In this document: positions 40,111 through 53,554 of the stretch, one piece after another
Layout of the letters: the number at the start of each line of letters is the position of its first letter
Position numbering within the stretch: the stretch's first letter is position 1
Source of the DNA: the human T2T-CHM13v2.0 reference genome, Homo sapiens
Assembly (NCBI RefSeq): GCF_009914755.1
Contig: NC_060941.1
Direction: 5' to 3' (one strand)
Length of the DNA stretch: 64,000 bases
Position numbers and translations under genes: made by a program
The notes under the pieces: model-generated
Databases searched by the model: none
What the model saw: the letters and a program-made list of their open reading frames with translations, nothing else
What the model was told of the DNA's origin: nothing

Positions 40111-40779
40111 GGATCAGCCTGCAGGTGCGCTAAGCCCTCCTCACTCAGCTCTCCCTTCCCTTACATCTTTCTCTGTTACTCTGCCTCTGTCCTTTTGTCA
40201 GGAGGGCTTATACATGAAGGGGAACTTGAAGTACAGAATAGATGGGAGTTCTGCCTAGCTCAGGACAAATACTTGGAATACTTGAGATAATTGCATTTTG
40301 TTTGTTTGGTTGGTTTTAGTGTTAAGATTCTTTGTGGTGGCCATATTACAGCCTTGGGAATGGTAGATCCTTTTATTTTTCCTATAAAGGAGCCACCCCT
40401 TCCACAGTCCCTGCTGGGCCCTTCCCTCTAACCAAGGCTCAGCTGATTGAACCAGGCAGGGACACCCAGCTCCAGAGAGAATCATCTGGGCTGCCAGCTG
40501 TCCATACATTGTGGCTGCTGTTAATAGAAAAGATGAGTAGGCAACTACAAGTTTGTCATCTGAGGACTTTGAACTAAGGGCACAAAACATGTTATTAGCC
40601 AGTGGAGAGACAGACATACACAGACCTGGGAGAGCATGGGCAGCTGGATGTGCTATAGTATATTCCCCCTTACAGCAGAACAGTCATAGAAGGTTTGCAA
40701 TGCTCCTGAGCCACCTGGAACCCCAAAGCTCTTTCAGGTCCGGGCACAGTAATCTCTATCTCCAGGATTCCCTTTGCCA

Positions 40780-42870
40780 CCCACTCCTTGTGATAATCTC
40801 CCATGATTTAAGATGTCTTCCCCCTGCAGCTAGACACCCATTCCCTGGCATGACACACAGGGCCCTCCGTGATCTTTCCTGACTGTGTCCCCTGCTGTCT
40901 CAACTTGCTCCTCTTAACTGCATTGCCTCCACTCCTCTACACATGCCACATCCTTCCATATCTTCCTGCCTTGGTTTGTGCTATTCCCTCTGCTTGGAAT
41001 GCCCTTGCTCTTTTTCCCCTGGTGAGATCATGTTCATCTTCCAGAACCCAGCTCCTGTAGCTCCATGATTCTTTCAAGTAGATATGAGTATTCCTTTCCT
41101 TGTTTTCTCTTGCATGTGTTCATTCAAAATTTATGTATTTAGTGCCTACCATATGTGCTGTTATGACTATGAAACAAGGCTGGAGGAGGAAAGAGTGGCA
41201 GGATTGGGGTGGCTGTGGTGGCTGCTTTAGTGAGGGCCATTGGGGAAGTCTCTGAGCTGAGATCTGAAAGCGGTGAGAGAGTGGCCTTATGAAGGTCTGA
41301 GAGAAGACCTTCATTTCTAGCAGAGGGAACAGAAAGGTGAAAGCCCCAGGGTGAGAACAATTCTGGAAAGGAAGACAGCAAGCGTAGCTGGAGTGTAGAG
41401 AGTGAAGGTGCGTCAGAAAATGGGCAGGGATTAAATTATACAGAGCTTGATAGCCTCACTGGGCCACTGCAAAGAATGTGAATTTGGTCTAAGCATGAAG
41501 GGAAATTCCAGGGAAGGGTATGAGAGGAGCAAGTGCCAGGAACTGATTTGCATTTTAGAAAGGTTCATTTGGCTGCTGGACAGTGGGAAGGGAAGAGTAA
41601 AAACAGTATTCCAGGCAGGATGGTGTCTCTGGAGGGAGAAGCGTGGCAGGCCTGGGGCCTCCTGTGGAGGGAGAGTCAATAGGACTTGTGGACAGGCTGG
41701 TCGTGGAAAGGGAGGGCAAGGGATAGACTGGAATTGAATCTCAGATTAAGGCCTGAGCAATTGGGTACATGGAGGCACCTTTTACTGAGATGGGAACAAG
41801 TGGGGGAGTGAGTTTGGAGGTAGAGGTCAAGAGCTGGGTTAGGACCTAGAACTTGTCAACCATACTGCAAGACTTTGCTACAAGTCCCAGACTCCTTGAG
41901 GGGAGATTCCATGCATTTTTTTTTTGGTCTCTCTCCCCCACTCTACATAGCGCAAGTCTTCAGAAAAGAAGATACTTAGTCCATTGTTGATGAAGGCTTT
42001 GACTTCCACAATGTCCTTATTACTGAAAAATTGCAAATGGTACATGGATATCCTTCTTTTCATTACCTTACTTGGTCACCACCAAGCCATTTTGTTTTTA
42101 TATTTGATTACTCTTCAAATGGCAGTAACATCATCCCTCAGTCACAAGTCAATCTGACCTCCCTCCACACCTATGCCCTCCTTTGGTCCTCTCACAGTCA
42201 AACATGACCCAAATGGGTGCCAGGGGAGCCCTCCAGTTAGAGACTTGTGCTGGCAGGTGTTCCATTAGCATACCTTGGTTCAGGAAGATGTGATAGCTTG
42301 TTCCCACTGGGTTATGTCAAATTGACCAATCAATCACCAACCATATACTGAGCACCTTTGATAATAAGCCCTTACCTTTGGCTTGCACTTTATAGCTTAC
42401 GAAAAGCATTTTTATATATCCGCTCATTGGACTTGTGCAACCAACCTCTGAATTGATGAGGCAAGGTCTCTGGATATTAAATTCCCTATTTCATTTCAAC
42501 TTCCACATCTTGCAACTAAGGGTCTTAAATAAGACTGTTCCCTCTGCCTGGTGTGTTCTTGTCCCTCTCATTGGCCTGGTAAACTTCCGGAAATGGTACC
42601 TTCCAGAATCATCTTAAGTATGAAATGACACCATTCCCGACCCTCGAGCAGAGTTAATCATTCATCCCTTCCCCCTCTGTGTTATATGAGGCTATAGGGA
42701 TATATCTGCCTTTTTATTACCCTCTAGATATACATAAACTATATAATACATATATACATACCTATCTCTCTAATAGATAATATTCTTTTTGAGGGGAAGG
42801 AATGTATTTCACCTCAGAATCTCAATGCCTGATATATTCCTTTACATATAGTTAGCAATCAATAAATCAA
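40780..42870. mobile_element. L2-rich block (plus ~40780-41110, minus ~41118-41840, further L2/MIR pieces)
   Basis: GCTATTCCCTCTGCTTGGAATGCCC; GAGCTGAGATCTGAA, GATTTGCATTTTAGAAAG, GGCCTGAGCAATTGG. Confidence 0.7.
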
Positions 42871-43659
42871 TGGCCATATGGGTGTTCTTACAGCTTAAGG
42901 TCATATTGTGGAGAACTGTGTATATTTTGCTAAGGGATATGGAACTCAGCCTGTAGGCATAAAATAGTCAATGGGAGCTTGATTTATATCACGAAAGGCA
43001 GATGGCAGGCTCATTTCATAGAATTTATTTCCCTGAAAATTGATGAGTTTTGATTTATGTCTTCCCTTGAAGGTCAGGTTATGGACTGTTCAACTCACTT
43101 TGCCTTTCTCTCTACCAAGGGTTTCATGAGAATAAGATGGTGGAGATGGTGTCAGTTATACATAGCCTGTTTGTTTGTCTCACCCAGGAAGTTTCATTTC
43201 AACACATCAAATTTTCATTGAGCATCTACTGTGTGCCTGGCACTGTGGTCAATGCCGTGATAATAAGGCAAGGTGGTTGGGGCGCCCTTTGCAAAAGCCC
43301 TGGAGGTGGGGCCTGCAAGGCATGTAGAATGGTGACATGTCTGAGTCCCCTGTCGTGTAGCCTTCATTCCATGCTGTTGTGATCTGTTCCCAGGGACTTG
43401 CAGCTCAAGTATATCTGTGCTTCACTGGAAGAGTTGAAAGAGCTGGAGACTGTCTGTGATCAATGAGCCCCTGTCACTCTCATGACACTTTCCTGAACCA
43501 TTTCACCAGCACTCAGGTGAGCCTGCAATAATGGGCTGATGGGATGGGCCCACAGGGAGTGAGGCAGTGGAGGGCAGCAGCACTGACGGATGTTAAGCGT
43601 CAGAACGGCCCACTAGAAGACTTAATTGACTTCTTCAGGTTCTTCCTTCGTGTGCACTT

Positions 43660-43836
43660 ATTCATCCATCCATCCATCCATCCATCCATGCACACACCCA
43701 GCTATTTATTCTTTCATCCACTCATTCATATCTTTAGCTTAAAGCACAGGTCTGCCTCTTCTTTTTGGTGCATATCATCCATCCATCTATCCATCCGTCC
43801 ATCCATCCATCCATACATGTATCCATAATTCATCCA
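43660..43836. repeat. Two degenerate (CCAT)n tetranucleotide tracts
   Basis: CATCCATCCATCC... at ~43663-43689 and ~43776-43813. Confidence 0.9.
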
Positions 43837-44669
43837 TGAACCCTTAATTCATTTTTAAAGCACATAGTTCCTTGCTCAAAAACCCTGACTGGCTGTCATG
43901 TGTCGCATGTTAGAAGCAAAGTTGCCTGTCTTAGCATTCCCAATTAGCCTATATTTCCTGATCATATCTATATGAACCCTTCCTTAGCTCACTTTCCCCT
44001 GGGGCAAGCTGGATTTTTTTCTCCTCTCCTTTTCTCCCGCCCTCTTTCTCCTTTCCTCTGTGCCCTCCCCATCACTCCTCTCCACCTCTTGTTTGTTGCA
44101 GTCCAACTCTTCATTCACTTAAGTCTTCACTTCCTCGTGTGACTGTCCCCTTTGCTCTTGCACTAGCTGTCTCCTGGGTGATCTACCCCTTCTCTGAACT
44201 ACTAAAGCTGTCAGCATCTGACTCACCCTTTGGGTGTTTGACTTTTGTGTCCTTAAATTTATCTTTTTATAAATGTGGTCTTTCTCCTCCAAGAATCCTG
44301 CCTTTCTTCAGTCCTAGTAAAGACTATTGCCTTTGACTCTATCCCATCTAGCCTTGAGCCCATCAGGACTCTGAGAAATCAGGAATGAGTCTTGATACTT
44401 CAAGCTTTGTGCTTCTGGCTCCTGGCCTGAGTCCTGGGCACCTGTGAGGCTCTGCTCTGAAGCCTTTATTCTCAGACCGCTGTACTTAAAGGAAGGGTGC
44501 ATGTTAGGCTCACCTAGAAGCCTGTTTGGCTTTAACACTTGTGTCATTCTCCTGAGCCCCAGCACTGGGATGCAACCTGTCCCCTTACCCCAAATTTGAT
44601 GAGCATTTTCTGTGAATTGATTAGTCCCAGAGAACCATATCACTGCTGTGTGTGTGTCTTTGAGTGTTA

Positions 44670-45126
44670 CCATTTTAGTTACTTCTTGCTGTGTAACCAT
44701 TTCAAAACCTACTGTTTCTCATGATTCTGAGTTGGTTGGGTGGTTCTTCTGCTGGTCTTCCCTAAGTTCATTTAGGTGACTACCATCAATTTAGGAGCTC
44801 CCTGGATAGCCTTGCCCACGTGTCTGGGGTGAAGTGACTGGAATGGCTGGGATGACCAGGCCTCTCTCTCTCTCCATGTGGCATCTCATCCTCAAGGAGG
44901 CAAGGCTAGGCTTCTCAGAATGTGGCAGGCTGGGAGTTCCAGGAGTATAAACGCAGATGCTTCACAGAGGCCTCAGCTCTGGAACTCACCCAACATCTCT
45001 TTCACCACATTGTTGGTCAAAGCAAGTCACAAGGCCAGCCCAGGTTCAAGAGTTGGAGAAAGAGATTTCACTCTTTTGATGGGAGGAGATCTAAAATATC
45101 GGGCCCAGCTTTTTCAATTCCCCACC
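44670..45126 (-). mobile_element. MLT1 (G/H-like) MaLR LTR
   Basis: TTGCTGTGTAAC, TCTCATGATTCTG, GGTCAAAGCAAGTCACAAGGCCAGCCCAG.TTCAAG, CTTTTGATGGGAGGAG. Confidence 0.8.
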
Positions 45127-45319
45127 TCATCTACCCTGTTCCATTCACCAGACTAATCTCCCCCAGAAGCGTACACCATTCCAGATTAGGCCCAAGTTCT
45201 CCACTTTAGAGATGACATATAACACCCTGGGCTATGACCTCAGGAGCCCTCTTTTTACCTCACTAGATCATCTCGACTCTCCTATACACTCTGTGAGGCA
45301 GGGGCTATGTCTAGACTCT

Positions 45320-45540
45320 GGCAACTGTCTGCACATCATCCTGTCGCATATTTTTCAGAGCAGTTATTACTACCTAAACTTAACTTCTTGTTGTTTTGTT
45401 CACTTGTGCATTGCCTGTTTTCCATCAAAACAACAGTTTCCTAGAGGAACTTTGTTTTGTTCACTGATTAATCACAGTACCCAGAGGTATACTTAGCGCA
45501 GAGTAGGTACTCAGTAGAAATTTTCTGAATGAGTGAAATG
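45320..45540 (+). mobile_element. L2 3' end
   Basis: TTGTTTTGTTCACTG...AGTAGGTACTCAGTA.A.ATTT.CTGAATGAGTGAA. Confidence 0.7.
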
Positions 45541-47617
45541 TCCCCAAAGACTGTGATCCAGCCTCAAACCCATTGATAAACCCTCTCCCAGCTCCTGTCA
45601 CTGGCAGATGCCCAGAAACATGTTATTTAGGACAATTTATTCATTTATCACACATAAATGTGTGAAATGCTATGAAGGTTGTGGACAGCCTCTTTGCTCC
45701 CATTTGATAAATGTTTACAAGAGTCTTCTATATGCCCTGAGAGTGCTCTGCTCCTTGGAAGTGTATAATTTGTTTGATAAGACAAAACTTGAACATCTGG
45801 AAAGACAAGAGGATGTTGTCTGTTTCATTCAAATTCCTTCAAAGCAGTTCATCTCGGCCATTTGCATGTGTGCTGGGTGCACATTTTTTAAAAAGAGCAA
45901 AAACCCTGCCACCACTATTAGCACTCATCAAAGGGTTTACCAGCAATCCCTCAAGACTTCTCAGGCTCTTGTTTAGATGGGGTTGTTCACTGAGGTGAAA
46001 TTCCAGGTGAGAGGAGATATTATATTTCTGGCATTTTCTCTGGCAGAAGATGAAGACTGTGCTCTACCTGTTCCTTCTCTGAAGCTAGAAGATCTGGTGT
46101 TTCGACTTTGCCCCAGCCAACTGACCACATTGAGTGATGTGCTTAGTTTACACTGAATACCAAGAGATGGGTGGGATTGCTGTGCATATATATTAGCAGG
46201 ATTTTGGCTGGAGGCCACTTGTGACCTCTATTGAATGTAACTTCCTCACTCAGGAGTTGATATGGAACCACTCACTCCTATTGGCTCAGTGCCCAGAAGG
46301 CCTCAGAGAGAGCCCACAAGATCAACCCGACAGACCCCGGCTTTCCAAATAAAGAAACGCACCCCCCCCCACCCCAGGGTAGGGGTCTTTGTGGGTCCTG
46401 CCTACACCCTCCTAGGATTGCTTTCAGGGGCTCAGAAAATTAGCAGTGATGTCCATGGCCACTACCTGAGCAGCGTATGCTTCCATGTGAGGCCGGGTTA
46501 TGGCAGAGCTGTGATTTGTCCTTGGAATCTAGGCCACATCCCCAACACCCATAGGCGTCCCCAAGCATGGCAAGGAAAGGGGGACTCAGGGAACCCACTG
46601 CCCTTACCACACCCCAACCCTTGGTCATAAATAGGGGAGTTCTGAAACTGAAGGTGGTGAGCTCCCGCCTCCAGACTGAAGTGATGATAGAACTCAGTGC
46701 CTCTTTATCTTCAGATCAAATCTTATGACACCAGCCCCAGCCGCTTACCTGAATCAAGGCTGAGTCAGTGTGAGTAAATAGGACCAATGGTCACTCCCAA
46801 GTAGAACACTAAGCCACCCTTAGGAGATCTGCACGAAGTGATGGGCGCTGTCCATTGTACCTGCTTTGTGCCTTCCCCTGCTCCATAGCCTGGCCTGGCT
46901 GGAAGCACACAGCTGTCATCTCTGGGAACATTCCATTCTCTGCCCTCCTCCTGCCTTCAACCATGCACACTGCCTGTGACCTCATCTCCTCTGTCCTCAG
47001 GGACTGTCACAACCATCTGCCTATCATATTTTGGAGTTGACTATGAAATGAACAAGGATCCTGAATCTTAGTTCTTCCAGAAAGATAGATTTCCTCTTAT
47101 GGTGTGAAACTATGGTCTTCCCAAAACGCACAGGTGCCAATCTTCAGAGGGGCCACAATGTCATCATGAAGGTGAAATATGGGCTTCATGGTACACGTTT
47201 ACCTGGATAAGCATGGTTCATATAAGGAATCCAGAATAAGATGGACTGAAGATTCCCTCAGGACTCCTTTCTCAGATTTCCTGCTCCAACCTGTGTTAAA
47301 GGGGGCCACTAGACCATTTAGAATACCCTGCTATTTTCTTTGTCATTTAACTTTATTTATAAGTATATAAAATATAGAAAATAATACAGAGAAAAATTAA
47401 ACAAATACCCACGGCCCATCTCAGGAAATGAAACATTATAAATACAACAGAAGGCCTCTGTGTGACTCTCCTAGATCCAACTCCCCATCTACCTTCCCTC
47501 CTCAGAGATAACCACCACCTGCAACGAATATTCCCAAGCTAGATATTATGCTTCCAGCACATGTGGGAAAGCAAACATCAGCTTGGTTAACAGTTTTGTT
47601 TGCCTGCTTTAAATCTT

Positions 47618-47925
47618 GTTTTTTTGTTTTGTTTTGTTTTTTCAAGACAGAGTCTTGCTCTGTCACCCAGCCTGGAGAGCAGTGTCATGATCTTGGCTCA
47701 CTGCAACTTCTGGCTCCCAGGTTCAAGCGATTCTCCTGCCTCAGCCTCCTGAGTAGCTGGGACTACAGGTGCATACCACCACGCCCCGCTAATTTTTGTA
47801 TTTTTAACAGAGACAGGGTTTTGCCACGTTGGCCAGGCTGGTCTCGAACTCCTGACCTCCGGTGATCCACCCGCCTCGGCCTCCCAAAGTGCTAGAATTA
47901 CTGACATGAGCCAACACACGCAGCC
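47618..47925 (-). mobile_element. AluS, full length
   Basis: Complete dimer; perfect 17-bp TSD TGCCTGCTTTAAATCTT at 47601-47617 and 47926-47942. Confidence 0.95.
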
Positions 47926-48474
47926 TGCCTGCTTTAAATCTTTATCTAAGCAAAAGTACTATCTTCAGAATCCACTGTAACTTTTTCTGCCCTCAACATC
48001 AAGTTTCTGGTATTCAGCCACGTTGATACAGGCTGCTTACTCATTTGACCATCTCCTTCTCTTTTGGTGGACTGTTAGGGTGTTTCTAATCTCTCACTAC
48101 CAGAGTGCCGCTCACTTCTCCTGCACAGGGAGGAGGAGCTCTCTAAGGTGGTTCTGTTCGTTTAGGTGTATCTTTGACTTAACTAAATAATACCGAACTG
48201 CTCTTCAAAGTGTTTGTATCTGCATTAGCATAAGAGTTACCATTGCTCTACCATCAATTAGTACTTGGCACTCTCAGATTTTTTCATTCCTGTTCCTTGG
48301 ATGGTGGGAAAATGGCCTTTGCTCTTGCTTTAATTTGCATTCCCCTGATGATCCACCAGGCAGGGTGTATTTCATGCCTATTGACCATTTCTGCTTCCAC
48401 TTCTTTATCTTACCTGTCCATAGCCTTGTCCATTTTACTATTGAGTTGTTGATCTTTTTCTTATTGATTTATAG

Positions 48475-48713
48475 CAGGGTTTCTTAGCAGTAGCACTATC
48501 AACATTTTAGACTGGATAATCCCTTGTTTTGGCAGGGGTTGCGTAGGGGTGCTGTGCTGTGATTGAAGGATCTTACTAGCATCCCTGGCCTCTACTCACT
48601 ACATGACAGTAGCAAATTCTCTCCCACAACAGTTGTGACAAAAAATAAAAATGTTTCCAGGCATTGCCAAATGTCCCCTGGGGAGTAAAACTGCCCTCAG
48701 TTGAGAGCTGTTG
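48475..48713. mobile_element. MER20, full length
   Basis: CAGGGTTTCT...AGCATCCCTGGCCTCTAC...GCATTGCCAAATGTCCCCTGGGG...GTTGAGA; perfect 8-bp TSD ATTTATAG (48467-48474, 48714-48721). Confidence 0.92.
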
Positions 48714-48939
48714 ATTTATAGGAACACTTTATTTTTCATAGATGTTAATCTATTTTTAGCCTTACAAATTGCATATATCTTTACAAAAATATTCTAGGAC
48801 AGTCAATAGATGTGGTTCCTCTCTGTCTCAAAAACTTTGCCATGGAGAGAGGAAGATAGAACGGCACATTTATTGTGTCTGAAGAGCTAGTTTGGGTGGT
48901 CTCTGTTTCTATTTTTTTTTTTTTTTTGCTGCAGATCTA

Positions 48940-51070
48940 CAAGATATGTGTTAATATTCATATTTTATAGATGAGGAAAATGAATCTGGTAATTTGCCCA
49001 AGGACACTCAACCAATAAGAGTAGAAACTGGTACAGATTCAGGTCTGTCTGTTTCAGCAGAGTGGAAAGAAGGTGGCACCAGGAGTGGGGAGGTCTGATC
49101 TTAGTCCTGGCTCTATCACTAGCTGGCCATATGACCAACGCCTGGCCTCCACACGTCAGTCTCCTCACATGATGATAAAGGGGCTGGACACAAGATCTCA
49201 AATGTTCCAGCCCATTCTACCAACAGCAGAGTGGTTGGCTTTGCCACTACCTCATGAGTGATTCATCTCTGAATCTCCACTCCTTGTTTTCCTCATATGA
49301 AGGTAGAGATGCAAACAGCACTGAGTCCCCAGGGCTTCTGTAAGCATTCGACGATTCATGTAAAGTACTTAACACATAGCACAAGTTCCATAGATGCCAT
49401 AGACTGTCATTATAATTCCATAAATAGGAGACCAGTTAGTCTGGATTGGGAAGCACTGTGAAATGTAGAGTGTGATATAAAGGAATATTTCACTACCTTT
49501 AGGTATAAATAATAACACCCAGGAAGAGTTTTGTCAATAGGCAACTCTCCTTCTTTGAAAGGTGAAGAAAGGAGCTCTGTGACAAGCTTGTGGCTTATAT
49601 GGTGGTGGTGCTTTGAAGAGTTACTCAGGCCTACCTATGGTTTGTCCTCTTTTCCAAGAGAATTGGCAGCTGGGCAGTGCTATCTGCAAAAACTGTACGG
49701 AGATAAATGTTAACCCAGGGGCTCCCAGAAATCACAGGATATGAATGGGGCTCTAAATGCATGCCTTGCTTTCCTCTCCATGAAAACTGTATTTGAAACA
49801 AGTGAGTCAAGCTGCTCTGGACTCGGTAGGTTTCATGGGCAGAGGGGCAGGCTATCAGCAAGCAGGGCCCCCCTTCAAAAGAGGGAGTACAGAGAGGCAA
49901 GGGGCTCTTTAAACATGCATGCCAAGAGAGCAAACGCCCCACAGCTAATGGCTCTGCAGGCTTAGAAAGGGGATGCCTGCAGAGTTTGCCTGTAATTAGT
50001 TGTTAACACATGAAAATAAAAGCCGATTTGGAAACGGAGTCCATCATTTATTTATAGCGATCCAATGCAAGTATTGTTTTAAATAAAAAACTGGACACAG
50101 TTCCTAGTCAGAACCAAACCATTCAAGTAGCTCCAGATTTACCTCCTCACTCACTCACCTTCTCTCTACCTTTTCTTAGAAGTCCGCCTAGACCAGACTG
50201 ACCTGCCTGAGCCCTGCACCCTTTGGCTTTCAGGCTTGCATTCTGCCCCAGACTGTTGTGCATGACTAGATCGTGCCCCTGATTCCTTGCACTTGTGCCT
50301 CTGTGTGTGTGCTGGTGAATGAAAAGAGCACAGACTTCAGAGAGAACCCAGTTCAAATCCTGTTTCTAGCCATTTTCAGCTCTATGACCTCATGCAAGGC
50401 CCTCTCCAAGCCTAGGCTTGTTGTAATTCAGGTATAGATGTGACTAGGTATGGGGAGCCCCTAGTATGTTGCCTAGCACATAGCAGGCACCCTCATTCCC
50501 TCCTGGCCAAGGTCTGCATCTTTCTTTTTCATTCATTCTTAATTTATGGCAGAAAAATCAGAACAGCATAGATAGTACAAGTTCTAGAGCCAGATTGCCT
50601 CTCTGTGTTACTTCAAGTGACTTACTTAGGCTTACAGCGCCCAATGTCCTCCAATGGAAAGTGGGAATGATACCAGTACCTACCTCACAGGGCACCTGTG
50701 AAGGCCAAGTGAGCACTTAATAAGAACTCATTGCAATCCAGTGCTCTTGGTACAGGCAGTGATAGCATGCAAGAAGGAGATGTTTTCTCCTTACTCCCTA
50801 CCCATAAATGCTATACCTGGAGTATGGTGAGAAAGCAAAGGGCACCTGTTCTTTGAGTCTCACAGACCTGAACCAGGATCATACCGATTCCACCATTGTG
50901 ATCCTGGGGAAAGGTATAGAACATCTCTGGGCTTCACTTTTCTTCTCTATAAAATGGGAGTATCAACAGCACCTACCTCATAGAGTTGTTGTAAGGGTTA
51001 TATGCATTAATATGTGTAATGCGCTCAAAATAGGGCCTGACATATAGTATGTTCTCATTAAACATTACCT
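48940..51070. mobile_element. Cluster of about six MIR/MIR3 fragments with unique spacers
   Basis: Repeated MIR cores, e.g. ATTTTATAGATGAGGAAA, TAAAATGGGAG...CCTACCTCATAGAGTTGTTGT. Confidence 0.65.
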
Positions 51071-53059
51071 TGTAACAAATGTATGACCTCTTTGTTGACT
51101 TTGAGCCTCTTCATTCATCTTTTCTCCTCTGCTTTTCCTTCTTATACCTTCCTCTGGCCAGAATACCCAACTGCTAGGGCTTGAGAAGACAATGTTGAAG
51201 ACAGTTAGCCCTCTCTCCATTGCCACTGAGTGCTGTGTGATTTATACACAGTATCCCAGGGAAGCCTCCTATTACTGCTGCAAGGGAGGGTCATTTTAAG
51301 AGGAGTCCAAGGCTTCTGGAACATGTTATGCTCCCTCTGTGGCCCCAGGTCTAAGTGCAGCCCTTAAATTACTGTGCAGCTTCAGAAGAGACTGAAGCAT
51401 TTCCTTGTCAGAAAACAGCTTTGCTCCTTCTGGAAGGGAATCTCCAGGGGAGAGGTGTAAAGGAAGAGGAGCGGCGAGCAGGGCAGCCTGACATGGGATT
51501 CAGGTGCTGCTGAGAGGCCTCCCCATGCTGTGGAGACAACAGACCCTACCGTATTGGTTCTCTAGACCCAGAGCTTCCCAACCTGGCACAGCATTAGTAT
51601 TTCCTGGACTTCTCCCCAGAATAACCAAACCTGATATTTCAGGAATATGGCCCTGGAATGAGCATTCTTACCAACCACAGGGGATTTGGGTGCAGCAAAT
51701 GAACAACAGTGGAAAAGCAGTTCCCCTAGCACCTATTTTTACCAGTCCCCTCATTCTCTAAGGAATTAGCCACCAACTGAGAGATGTCCTAGATATGACT
51801 GCTCAGCCTCATTCCCCTCCTCTGTGTTCACACCATGTTCCACCCGGCCTGCCCCCAACCTGTCTTACACCACCATCCGTGAAACTCCTACCCTTCTGCC
51901 TAGGGCCTCTCCAAAGGAGAGAAGAGAACCTTTCCAGTGGCAGCCAGTGGTGTGTTCCTGGTGCTTGAGGTGTGAGTTGAAAATGCCATTATTAGCATTT
52001 TTCATCCAGCTGCATCCAAGCCTGGCCACGCTTCTGTTGCTTACTTGGGCTTCCAATCTCCATTTACAGGTTTTGCACACAGCGAGGACTCAAGGACTGT
52101 ACTTTCTGGGTGGAGCTGAATTTCTATAGGAACATACTTCCCGTCTCCTAAACAGCTGACTTATAAGACACCTTTGGAACCCATTCTACTGGCAGTTTAG
52201 AGACCACCTGACCTTATTTTATTTAACTGAACCCCTTCCACTCTACTTTGGGCCATAATCTCTGATTTTAGGAATGATGAGACGTTCTGAATGCCCTTAG
52301 AAGTGTTCCCCTATCTACTGGTCATTAAAAGCAAATGACAGCACAGTGAAACACTGTGGTTTAGAAGTTTCTAATCCTGGTAGTAACTCAAGCTGACATT
52401 TCAATTCTCTGAGCCTTAATTTTTATTTATAGGACACGTTAAACCAGATGATTTCTAAAATCTCTTCAGGCTCTGCTACCTTACTCATTTACAGTATCAG
52501 TCATTTACACCTTAGTATGAATAAAGACTGAACAAAGTAAAATGGGTGGGCGAGACAATTGGGACGGATAGAAGAATAAAGGGACATAGACAAAATGGCT
52601 AAGGGACACCAAGAAAAAAGTTCAAACAAGTTTCCTTAGGGAAGCCTTTGCCTATTCTTGGGAAGATCTTTATACGTTTGGGGTTCAGTCACTATGTCAT
52701 TAGACTCCATCTCTCCCCTTATTTACTTCACTCCCCCCTCCTCTTCCCTACACCAACTCTACAACTGACCCGGCTTGACCTTGACAGAGGGGGCACTAAT
52801 GGCTTTTCAATACAGCCCCACCTGGAAGGTGCTGATTTCGCATAATCCTAAGATTAGTCACAGTTCATATAGTTCAGGGACTGTAATTAAACTGTGGAGC
52901 TAAACATTGGGGTCTGTGACCTGAAACAGTGACCGTGGTAAAACCCTGCCACAGCAGGCAAGAAAAGATGGATGGGGTCAGAATTCTCTAGCTTCTGCTG
53001 CTGCATCCTCACCTGGTCCTAGGGAGCACCTTGGAAGCGGTTATAGAATGCAGGTTAAT

Positions 53060-53389
<330 letters not shown>

Positions 53390-53416
53390 TCAGGGCACAC
53401 TGGAACACGATGTGGC

Positions 53417-53438
53417 TTGGTATGTTTACAAACCTCTA
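53417..53438 (+). repeat. 22-bp exact copy of LTR12 internal sequence 54035-54056
   Basis: TTGGTATGTTTACAAACCTCTA occurs at both sites. Confidence 0.9.
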
Positions 53439-53554
53439 ACACTCCGCCTCATTATTCTGGAGGTGAAGGTAGAAAACAAGGAGATATAGACTAGGGCTGC
53501 GGGGTACCCATCCAGTTTATTCATTCAACATTCATTGAGAATCACGTGCCTTAC

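Larger units (their letters stand above)
47330..48790 (-). mobile_element. L1ME-like remnant hosting AluS and MER20
   Basis: TTTAATTTGCATTCCCCTGATG, TTGACCATTT, TTGTCCATTTT, GATCTTTTTCTTATTGATTT. Confidence 0.7.

Noticed and set aside
43660-43865. Possible old ~115-bp tandem duplication (CCAT tract followed by TAAAGCACA, twice)
   Set aside because: The similarity is mostly low-complexity sequence and cannot be distinguished from chance
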